Part shown: piece after piece, positions 27,546 to 34,873 of the stretch | Layout of the letters: each line of letters opens with the position of its first letter | How positions within the stretch are numbered: the first letter of the stretch is position 1 | IMG/VR virus record: IMGVR_UViG_3300027608_000043 | Location: 1 to 53,095 of that record | DNA: 53,095 nucleotides | Source: a virus | Taxonomy: Duplodnaviria > Caudoviricetes | Direction: 5' to 3' (one strand) | The notes under the pieces: model-generated | What the model was told of the DNA's origin: nothing | Database searches by the model: none | What the model saw: only the letters and a program-made list of their open reading frames with translations | Position numbers and translations under genes: made by a program

Positions 27546-27845
27546 ATGACTACCACTGCGCCACGCATCAATGAATACACTGCTCTCGCGGGTATTCTCA
27601 AAGACCTCAAGGCTATCGTAGCCAGGGAAAGCAAGCGTCCACAAGGGTGTGAAGACCTCACACTCTCAATGCTTGCCCTTTTAGAAGAGGAGATCATTCC
27701 TCAACTAGAGAATGAGATCGAACATGATCTTAACTACGATCCAACACCTCAGCATTTATGGGATGCCACAGGGGGTGAAGCCCCAGTGACCATGGCAGAA
27801 ATGCATGCCTCTGCTTGGCAACAACACCAAGAAATGCATAGCTGA
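27546..27845 (+). CDS. Hypothetical phage protein
   Basis: 99-aa ORF, 'YDPTP...GGEAPVTMAEMH...AWQQH'. Confidence 0.65.
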   Translation: MTTTAPRINEYTALAGILKDLKAIVARESKRPQGCEDLTLSMLALLEEEIIPQLENEIEHDLNYDPTPQHLWDATGGEAPVTMAEMHASAWQQHQEMHS

Positions 27846-27850
27846 ATCAC

Positions 27851-27879
27851 ACGTCCTGAGTATGACGTTAAACTGCTCA
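27851..27879 (+). ncRNA. PK-family pseudoknot leader
   Basis: ACGUC-C-UGAGUA-U-GACG-UUAAAC-UGCUCA. Confidence 0.8.
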
Positions 27880-27900
27880 CACTCCATTGCAATTTAAGAC

Positions 27901-28311
27901 ATGTTCTTTTCCAATCCTTCCAAGTCTCATTGCTTTAACGGTCCGTTAGAGGTTACAGCAACAACAAGTCTCAAGAAGATTACTAAGACAATAGAAGATC
28001 GTATCGACGGTCTTATCTCCAAGCTAATCCGTAGCTTTGAGAAACAATATCCTGGTCGCTACGGCGACATGACCTTTGAGATTAACAAAGGTAACAAGTA
28101 TTACAAGATCATGGAAGTAACAAGTTCCATGGGTTGTATTACTAGTAGATCAGTCCATGCTTTTATTAGTAGACAGACAGGTGCTGTATACAAACCAGCA
28201 GGCTGGAAGTCTCCGGCTAAACATGTAAGATACAATCTACTAGACGATGCATCCTATGCAAAATGTCTAGAGCGAGCTGACTGGGCAGGCGGCTACCTAT
28301 ACATAAGGTAA
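27901..28311 (+). CDS. Conserved phage protein (KYYKI...SVHAF...TG.VYKPA.WK.PAKHVRYNL family)
   Basis: Motif recognised from cyanophage/T4-like hypothetical proteins. Confidence 0.7.
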   Translation: MFFSNPSKSHCFNGPLEVTATTSLKKITKTIEDRIDGLISKLIRSFEKQYPGRYGDMTFEINKGNKYYKIMEVTSSMGCITSRSVHAFISRQTGAVYKPAGWKSPAKHVRYNLLDDASYAKCLERADWAGGYLYIR

Positions 28312-28376
28312 TCCGTCATTTCCTGCATAGATCACTCGCCATCCACTACATTACTACTATCCCCTCCCTTCCCACC

Positions 28377-28688
28377 ATGACTACTACAGACGTAGGCGGT
28401 ACCCTCTTCGGTGCCGTCATCGAGTACAGGATCAAGGTCAATGACATCTGGCAAGATCGATCAGTCTTTCTGATCAACAAACAACACGCACTCACGTGGT
28501 TGTCAGAAGACTGGGTCAAGATGACTAAGAAGCATGATGCCATGCTTATGGATATTCGTATCGATTATCCTGTCTACTATCCAGACATCGATCCAATAGA
28601 TGTTTCTGGCTATGAAGATCCAACGAATGCAGACATGATCTACAGTGTAGATTTCAAGTCTGAAAAGATAAGCTACTCAGAAGTATAG
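28377..28688 (+). CDS. Hypothetical protein
   Basis: 103-aa ORF. Confidence 0.55.
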   Translation: MTTTDVGGTLFGAVIEYRIKVNDIWQDRSVFLINKQHALTWLSEDWVKMTKKHDAMLMDIRIDYPVYYPDIDPIDVSGYEDPTNADMIYSVDFKSEKISYSEV

Positions 28689-28694
28689 ATGTAA

Positions 28695-28723
28695 GTGTCC
28701 TGGGCACGACATTAAACTGCCCT
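28695..28723 (+). ncRNA. PK-family pseudoknot leader
   Basis: GUGUC/GACAU and GGGCA/UGCCC: compensatory changes in both helices. Confidence 0.8.
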
Positions 28724-28755
28724 ATACACTTAATCAATTCTTAACCTCCTCATCC

Positions 28756-28965
28756 ATGACTGACTCCAACATTCAAGTGCCTGATGCTTTAAGCATTCAA
28801 CGATTACAAGCTATGGAATTTGTTGCCAAGATGAGAGCAGCAGCTGACCGTGTCGGAGCTGGTTTCATTGGTGGCTTCATTGATCCAAACACTGGTGAAC
28901 AATTCACCATGACTAATATGAATCCTTCTATTACTCCTGACATTACCAAATTATTAGAAGACTAA
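28756..28965 (+). CDS. Hypothetical protein
   Basis: 69-aa ORF. Confidence 0.6.
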   Translation: MTDSNIQVPDALSIQRLQAMEFVAKMRAAADRVGAGFIGGFIDPNTGEQFTMTNMNPSITPDITKLLED

Positions 28966-29213
28966 TTAACAAGGGGCTGGATCGCATTAGATCCTAAGTC
29001 TGGTGCGGCCAGCTACCCCTCATTAACTGGGTCAGTCCCAGTGATGGCCTTCAACATCACAAGGTCCCATTCTGATTAAGCAGATGTTAATCAGAGGAAT
29101 ATACCAGATCAAACTCTGGATTTTAAATCACCGGCCAGTGAGGTCTCGAGAACCACACCAATTGTACACAACAATTGTCCAGGCCGTGTCTATTATCTCT
29201 ATCCCTAATTCAA

Positions 29214-29414
29214 ATGACTAAACCTAAGTCTGCTTTCAATTTTGACAAGACTATTGCTGGATTCAATATCACGGAGAATGGCATCAAGTCATTCACCAAA
29301 ACAATCCAGCTTGGCCCACTGCAACTCACGCTTAATACCCGTGAGTCAGGCGTTCATGCATCCATTGCTTTACCAGGTACTGGCTTAAGCAAACGCAACA
29401 TAAAGATATTGTAA
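29214..29414 (+). CDS. DUF4236-like small basic protein
   Basis: 'FNITENGIKS...SIALPGTGLS' pattern; likely start ATG 29214. Confidence 0.55.
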   Translation: MTKPKSAFNFDKTIAGFNITENGIKSFTKTIQLGPLQLTLNTRESGVHASIALPGTGLSKRNIKIL

Positions 29415-29425
29415 TTAACTAGCTC

Positions 29426-29453
29426 CGTCCTGGACATGACGTTAAACTGTCTA
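29426..29453 (+). ncRNA. PK-family pseudoknot leader
   Basis: CGUC/GACG and UGGACA/UGUCUA. Confidence 0.8.
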
Positions 29454-29474
29454 CGTCCCATTGCAACTCAGCCC

Positions 29475-29678
29475 ATGACTCCTTCTGAAACCTATCAATT
29501 GACTGTCCGTATGGAAACCTACGGCGGTAAGTTCATCTCATCGCTTGCCGTAGCAATTCGCTACGCTGACCCCGTCAGTAAACACAAACTACTAGCTGCA
29601 TTCCCTGAAGTTGTAGCTAAGTACGGACCTAAGTCTGTATTCGATCCAGCTGATCGTCAACCTATGGAGGTACTTTAA
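29475..29678 (+). CDS. Hypothetical phage protein
   Basis: 'METYGGKFISSLA...ADP...KLLAAFPE' motif; likely start ATG 29475. Confidence 0.65.
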   Translation: MTPSETYQLTVRMETYGGKFISSLAVAIRYADPVSKHKLLAAFPEVVAKYGPKSVFDPADRQPMEVL

Positions 29679-29950
29679 TGCCATCTATCTGGGCCATAAG
29701 GCATATTGATGTCTATCCCACAGGCGTCAACGAATACCAAGTCTATGCGGAAGCATGGATAGAAGATCGTATTCAGGTTAGTCCTGCCACATGGGAAGAA
29801 CCAGCAGAGCATAGGCCTGGCTTATGTTCTGCCTCCACCTATGTAGAAGACAAACCACCTAGTGATCCATCAGATCTAGATGAATATATCCACGAATTAA
29901 ATCGTGGCAATTCTCTTGATTGGATCGACGTTGATTCCACTGACATCTAA
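29678..29950 (+). CDS. Hypothetical protein
   Basis: 90 aa, TAATG coupled. Confidence 0.6.
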   Translation: MPSIWAIRHIDVYPTGVNEYQVYAEAWIEDRIQVSPATWEEPAEHRPGLCSASTYVEDKPPSDPSDLDEYIHELNRGNSLDWIDVDSTDI

Positions 29951-30021
29951 CTATCTATCTCCCTGGTACAATCAAACACCAAAGGAAAATCTACTAACCT
30001 CTTTTCTTATCTTTTTTAATC

Positions 30022-30360
30022 ATGACTAACCAACAAGACTACACGCAGCACCCAATCACCCCACCGCCTGAGCTGGTGCGCGAGTGGATGCACAAGGCAA
30101 ATAACAATGAGGCAATACTCCCTCAAGTTGCCAAATTTGCCTCTCAATGGGGCAGTGACCAGGAGCTGGAGGCGTGTTGCAGTTACTTTGAGGACCATCT
30201 TCGTGAAGGTCTTTCGATAGAACTTCGCATCGCTCGCCGCCCCAAACCACCGAGCTTAAAAGAGCAAGCACTGGCGGTACTTGACGACTGCTCTGACCGT
30301 CTCGACGATGCCCACAAAAACATCGTCCGCTCTGCTCTTGAGGAACTACCCAATGATTAA
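30022..30360 (+). CDS. Hypothetical protein of a cyanophage-type family
   Basis: 'HPITPPPELV..W...DQELEACC...RRPKPPSLKEQAL' pattern. Confidence 0.65.
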   Translation: MTNQQDYTQHPITPPPELVREWMHKANNNEAILPQVAKFASQWGSDQELEACCSYFEDHLREGLSIELRIARRPKPPSLKEQALAVLDDCSDRLDDAHKNIVRSALEELPND

Positions 30361-30580
30361 AGGTTTTAGTATCGAATTCAAACCTTGGTATATCACAATA
30401 CGTGGCCTTAGGGGTAGAGTCTATCTAGCTACAGGCTTTAGTAAACATGTACCAGTCTTTACACCAAGGCATACGTACTTGGATTCCGAGTATTCTACGT
30501 TTATCGAGAATACAACTAACTATATGTCAGAGCACTACGATGAGCTAGAGGAAGAGAGACAATACGGTATCTACAATTAA
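30353..30580 (+). CDS. Hypothetical protein
   Basis: Likely start ATG 30353 (MIKGFSIEF). Confidence 0.5.
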   Translation: MIKGFSIEFKPWYITIRGLRGRVYLATGFSKHVPVFTPRHTYLDSEYSTFIENTTNYMSEHYDELEEERQYGIYN

Positions 30581-30586
30581 ACTTAT

Positions 30587-30614
30587 CGTCCTGAGTATGA
30601 CGTTAAACTGCTCA
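30587..30614 (+). ncRNA. PK-family pseudoknot leader
   Basis: CGUCCUGAGUAUGACGUUAAACUGCUCA. Confidence 0.8.
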
Positions 30615-30636
30615 CATCCCAACTGCAACTCAACTC

Positions 30637-32280
30637 ATGGAATTCCAACTCCCATCAAACCTTCAGCAACACCTCGTCAAGTACGACCCGCAACTCAAGA
30701 AGCTTATCCCACCTAGTAAACCCAAGGTATCACGAAACACACTTGGGTTGCCTGATGATATCATCCCTGCTCACATCATCAAGAAAGAAGTTCTATCAAA
30801 GGTAGTTACTCACATCAACGCTGAACCAGTAGAAGAAAGATACCATATATTCAAGAAGGATAATACTGAGACCAGGGCTTTGATCTACCACGTAGAGAAC
30901 CTATGGGTAGCTGCCTGGTTGCCTAACCCTGGAGAAGATTACGTTTACGGAATATCGTTTGCTTGTAAAGCTAGTGCTTTTAACAAGATCAATATACCAT
31001 TCGGATATAAAGGTGAACGTCTATTCAATATAGACAATGTAATACCTAAGAAGTATGGACGTACTGACTTCTATACCTGGACGGACTACATAACAATAGA
31101 TCACATTAAGAACGGGTTAACTAATCCGTACTGGCTACATAATACAACTGCATACAAACAGAAGTTACAAGAGATTAAACGACACTTAGCTTCGTTTACT
31201 GCGCAGATCAAACAGTCTATCCCTCACTGGAAAGAAGATGGTACACATAACATATTCAAGAGACTTCATCCAGTGACTAATACTTATACTCATATCTTGC
31301 GTATACCAGAAGAGTATCCCTCAGTACCAGGGGTAGACCTATACAAGATGTATCTAGATGAAAATAATAGACATGTACTTGATACACCATGGTTCAAACG
31401 TTACATCAATACAGAAGCACAGAAGATAATCACTGCGTTCCATGATCCAACTACTATATCTCCTGAAGTACTAGCAAATATACATGATGAAGTAAAGCAT
31501 ACGCTTGCATGGATCAACAAGATACTTAAGATATGGCCTGACTGTCCTATCGATTACTTGCAAACTGCTATCAGCAATAATACATTTGCATTACTTACTA
31601 ACCATAGTCTTTACTGGTCCCTTAGCTCATCTGATGGTGCAGTACATACTTGGCTTAATACTTATTTACCTGTAGATTCATTCTTTAAAATCCTTACTAA
31701 ATATACAGATGAAGTAAAGACTAGATTTAATCCATCAAACAATTTACCAAGTAGAAATAGATCTACATTCCAATTATTATTTGACACAATATCTATGCTT
31801 GATCAGATACTTACAGCAGGTGAGACTATCGATCCACCTAAGCGTTGGCGCATAGAAGAATTCCATGATCACATCCAAGTGAAAGCTTGGACAATAAAGA
31901 ATCCTAATCAATGTCTGCCACAGGATTTATTTCCTGCTCCTGTCAAGGTGTTGGATGATAACGAATTAACGTGGACCTTTATACAACCAATAGATACACA
32001 CCAACTATCCAAATGGGGACAAGCAGTACGTAACTGTGTTGGTGCAGCAGCATCATATGCTAATGCCGTTAAGGCTAAGAAGGCATTCATTGTCCTGTGT
32101 CTGTGTAATAACAGACCGCAGTTCACTGTCATGCTTAAGGTATCCAACGGTGTCATGCACGTAGACCAGATCGTTGGTCTATCCAATGCCAGGCTCAACG
32201 ACATTGAAAGAAACATCTATGAAAATATGTTTAGCAAGGCGTTGCAATTACGAGAAGAAGAACTAAGATTAGCCAACTGA
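30637..32280 (+). CDS. PcfJ-like domain protein
   Basis: C-terminal 'EFHD...L..WGQAVRNCVG...Y...Q..G..N' pattern. Confidence 0.7.
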   Translation: MEFQLPSNLQQHLVKYDPQLKKLIPPSKPKVSRNTLGLPDDIIPAHIIKKEVLSKVVTHINAEPVEERYHIFKKDNTETRALIYHVENLWVAAWLPNPGEDYVYGISFACKASAFNKINIPFGYKGERLFNIDNVIPKKYGRTDFYTWTDYITIDHIKNGLTNPYWLHNTTAYKQKLQEIKRHLASFTAQIKQSIPHWKEDGTHNIFKRLHPVTNTYTHILRIPEEYPSVPGVDLYKMYLDENNRHVLDTPWFKRYINTEAQKIITAFHDPTTISPEVLANIHDEVKHTLAWINKILKIWPDCPIDYLQTAISNNTFALLTNHSLYWSLSSSDGAVHTWLNTYLPVDSFFKILTKYTDEVKTRFNPSNNLPSRNRSTFQLLFDTISMLDQILTAGETIDPPKRWRIEEFHDHIQVKAWTIKNPNQCLPQDLFPAPVKVLDDNELTWTFIQPIDTHQLSKWGQAVRNCVGAAASYANAVKAKKAFIVLCLCNNRPQFTVMLKVSNGVMHVDQIVGLSNARLNDIERNIYENMFSKALQLREEELRLAN

Positions 32281-32286
32281 TATAAC

Positions 32287-32323
32287 CCTGGGCAGTCAGC
32301 GCCAACCTGACGTAAGCCCCAGG
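32287..32323 (+). ncRNA. Internal-loop hairpin leader, copy 3
   Basis: CCUGGG-CA-GUCAG...CUGAC-GUAAGC-CCCAGG; apical stem fully replaced but still paired. Confidence 0.7.
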
Positions 32324-32354
32324 CTTTAACCTACTACACCACTGCACTTAACTC

Positions 32355-32720
32355 ATGTCTATCCTTGCTTGCTTTAGTCAACTGCTTCCACAATTCCATG
32401 CTTACATGGATCAAGATCAACGTTACAACCTAGGTGCTACCTGGAAAGATAGTGAGGGTCTTACTGATTGTCACAATCTTGAGCTAAGGTATGTACGTAA
32501 CTCAGAGCGGCTTGCGCTCCAGGGTAAACCCCAGCCTGATGGTAGCTGGGCCTATGTCGAAGCTAATGGTACGGTCCACACCATAACTGCGGATCGTGCA
32601 CAAGCTTTTATGGAGAAGACCCATGAACATGCCACCATTATGTGTGGAATGATCGACCGCCTCAAAGAGGCTGGCCTAATGGGTGAGACTCATGAGACTA
32701 GTGCTCAACCTGCTGCCTAA
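32355..32720 (+). CDS. Hypothetical protein
   Basis: 121-aa ORF with the CCACTGCACT motif 6 nt upstream. Confidence 0.6.
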   Translation: MSILACFSQLLPQFHAYMDQDQRYNLGATWKDSEGLTDCHNLELRYVRNSERLALQGKPQPDGSWAYVEANGTVHTITADRAQAFMEKTHEHATIMCGMIDRLKEAGLMGETHETSAQPAA

Positions 32721-32733
32721 AGATTAAATAAAT

Positions 32734-32767
32734 GGGGGCTAGCTTTACGTTGGTCCCCTTTACCTTT
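32734..32767 (+). terminator. Possible intrinsic terminator
   Basis: GGGGGCUAGC/GUUGGUCCCC stem with G-U pairs favouring the + strand, followed by UUUACCUUU. Confidence 0.55.
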
Positions 32768-32793
32768 ACAATAACAATGTCTTAATTATTACC

Positions 32794-33123
32794 ATGACTA
32801 ACGCCGCTGATCGCATTAATGCAATTGACCCTGGTCTAATTGAAAAGATTGAAGATGGTATCCCTGATCACACTTGGGATTATGTTATCAACTCTCTATC
32901 GCATAGAATGTTAGATTGCTTGCCTATGCAAACGATCATATCAATAGCATCCTTATATCTATCTGAGTATTACACTGAAAATACAGATGAGCTTATCCCT
33001 GATGCTCTTGAGATTATTGGAATTCAAGACACTGTTAATCTATTAGAAACATTAGAGCTAAAGATTATTCCTACTACGGATGAACTAACAATAGATAAGA
33101 ATACAACTAACGATATCTATTAG
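32794..33123 (+). CDS. Hypothetical acidic protein
   Basis: 109-aa ORF. Confidence 0.6.
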   Translation: MTNAADRINAIDPGLIEKIEDGIPDHTWDYVINSLSHRMLDCLPMQTIISIASLYLSEYYTENTDELIPDALEIIGIQDTVNLLETLELKIIPTTDELTIDKNTTNDIY

Positions 33124-33128
33124 GTATC

Positions 33129-33157
33129 ACGTCCTGAGTATGACGTTAAACTGCTTG
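33129..33157 (+). ncRNA. PK-family pseudoknot leader
   Basis: ACGUC/GACGU and UGAGUA/UGCUUG (G-U pairs). Confidence 0.78.
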
Positions 33158-33179
33158 TCTGTTCCATTGCTTTATTCTT

Positions 33180-33524
33180 ATGGCTTCTATGATTGCTTTT
33201 GATGTTACTGAAGATGATTGGATTGCGTTCCAGCAATTCACAGATACCGGTGGTATATCTGTTGCTACAACAGATGTAACTATTACTGCTATTACAGAAC
33301 AGTACGTTTCTTTTTTGCGAGCTCTAAGCTTTATGGATTGCCAAATAGAAGATGCATTCAATGATGCAATAGAAGAGATACGCAAACGTCGCAAAGTAGA
33401 TTCTAATGATTATCTCATGACATCCACATCCAATGAAGCCTCTCTATCAAACATTGACAACAGCACAGAAGACCAAACTAAAGAAACGACTGGAACAAAT
33501 CCAGTTAATGACTGGCTTGAATGA
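33180..33524 (+). CDS. Hypothetical acidic protein
   Basis: 114-aa ORF. Confidence 0.55.
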   Translation: MASMIAFDVTEDDWIAFQQFTDTGGISVATTDVTITAITEQYVSFLRALSFMDCQIEDAFNDAIEEIRKRRKVDSNDYLMTSTSNEASLSNIDNSTEDQTKETTGTNPVNDWLE

Positions 33525-33624
33525 ACGTATCTATGAACAAGATCATCGTTTAACACCAAAGCAAGAACAGTTATCTGCTCTATGTACTGATCGTATGAAG
33601 TTCTTAATGGGACTTCTATCTTAG
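33433..33624 (+). CDS. Hypothetical small protein
   Basis: 63-aa ORF ending just before a PK element. Confidence 0.5.
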   Translation: MKPLYQTLTTAQKTKLKKRLEQIQLMTGLNERIYEQDHRLTPKQEQLSALCTDRMKFLMGLLS

Positions 33625-33631
33625 CTTAGAT

Positions 33632-33659
33632 CGTCCTGAGTATGACGTTAAACTACTCA
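33632..33659 (+). ncRNA. PK-family pseudoknot leader
   Basis: UGAGUA/UACUCA fully Watson-Crick. Confidence 0.8.
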
Positions 33660-33681
33660 CTAAACCCACTGCAATCACACC

Positions 33682-34461
33682 ATGTCACTGCTTAAGTTTT
33701 CCCACGGTAATGCTAAACTTGCTAACCGTTTGATCTTTAATCTACCAGCGGGTTATGCTTGTCCTTCCGCTGGTGTATGTAGAACATTTGCTGATCGCCA
33801 CACAGGTAAGATCAATGACAGTCTTGCAATACCTAATGCAGGAGTAGCTGACTATCGCTGCTTTGCTTCTATGGCAGAGACACGTCCTAATGTTAGAGAT
33901 GCTAGATGGTATAACTGGGATCTACTAAAGGATGCCATGTATACAGATGATGAAGGTGCAGAAGGAATGGCTGATCTAATCATCAGTTCCTTAGCACCAC
34001 ATGAAGAAGATCTTGTAAGGATCCATGAGTCAGGTGACTTCTGGACAGAGCTATACCTAATGGCCTGGATTACGGTAGCTAGAAAGGAACCTAACCGTAC
34101 CTTCTATGCTTTTACTAAGTCACTTAATATGTGGCTTAACCTAGCCAGTGAGATACCTAACAATCTATTCTTGACTGCTTCCATAGGAGGCCAGTTAGAT
34201 TCATTGATACCAGGTAGAGAATCTACTTTCATCCGCCGTGCATACGTTGTATATACAGAGGAGGAAGCGTCTACACGTGGCCTAGAGATAGACCATGATG
34301 ATAGTCATTGCTTTGGCGATAAACCATTCGCATTATTAGTACATGGTTCCCAAAGGGCAGGGTCAGCTGCCAGTAAAGCAATCAGCCTACGTAAGAAAAC
34401 TGGAGGCTTCACTGGGTATAACATAAACAGACGCAAAGCTAAAGAGATTGTTAAGGTATAG
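33682..34461 (+). CDS. Gene-product-88-like (radical-SAM-related) protein
   Basis: GNAKL...FNLPAG..CP...C...C.A and RIHESGDF, FYAFTKS motifs. Confidence 0.7.
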   Translation: MSLLKFSHGNAKLANRLIFNLPAGYACPSAGVCRTFADRHTGKINDSLAIPNAGVADYRCFASMAETRPNVRDARWYNWDLLKDAMYTDDEGAEGMADLIISSLAPHEEDLVRIHESGDFWTELYLMAWITVARKEPNRTFYAFTKSLNMWLNLASEIPNNLFLTASIGGQLDSLIPGRESTFIRRAYVVYTEEEASTRGLEIDHDDSHCFGDKPFALLVHGSQRAGSAASKAISLRKKTGGFTGYNINRRKAKEIVKV

Positions 34462-34639
34462 TTACCAAGGATAGTAGATCTATTGGTATCACTAGCTGTT
34501 ATCCTTAACTTAATAAAAATTAAGTTAGGTCTTACGTTGCAATTATAGATAAGGCCGATAACATCTGATTGTTTACTTCCTGTATATCTCCCCTCACCCC
34601 GAGGGGAGTACCAGGATAATCCTCTATTAGTCTTAGACC

Positions 34640-34873
34640 ATGGCCTATGTAATCAGTTGTTATCTCAAGGGTATTCCCCATGCTATCCAGGCTAATGAAA
34701 AAGAACATAAGTTCTATCTCATCCCTCTTACCAGTGAGTCACACCTTGGTAAAGTATTGTCTCACCCTCATAAGACAGGGATCATCACCATATTAAATTG
34801 GATAAAAGCAAATGACCCAGCCTTATCAAAGCACGACTTACTTATCGAAGACGAACAACTGTTTAGGAAATAA
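34640..34873 (+). CDS. Hypothetical protein
   Basis: 77-aa ORF upstream of the polymerase. Confidence 0.55.
   Translation: MAYVISCYLKGIPHAIQANEKEHKFYLIPLTSESHLGKVLSHPHKTGIITILNWIKANDPALSKHDLLIEDEQLFRK

Noticed and set aside
27851-27900. PK repeat as a pistol ribozyme
   Set aside because: It shares the P1/pseudoknot/UUAAA layout, but P2, P3 and the cleavage-site elements are absent
29436-29474. MTLNCLRP N-termini given by the ORF track at 29436 and 38328
   Set aside because: That ATG lies inside the PK element; it is out of frame or stopped in the other copies and mutated to ACG at 28706
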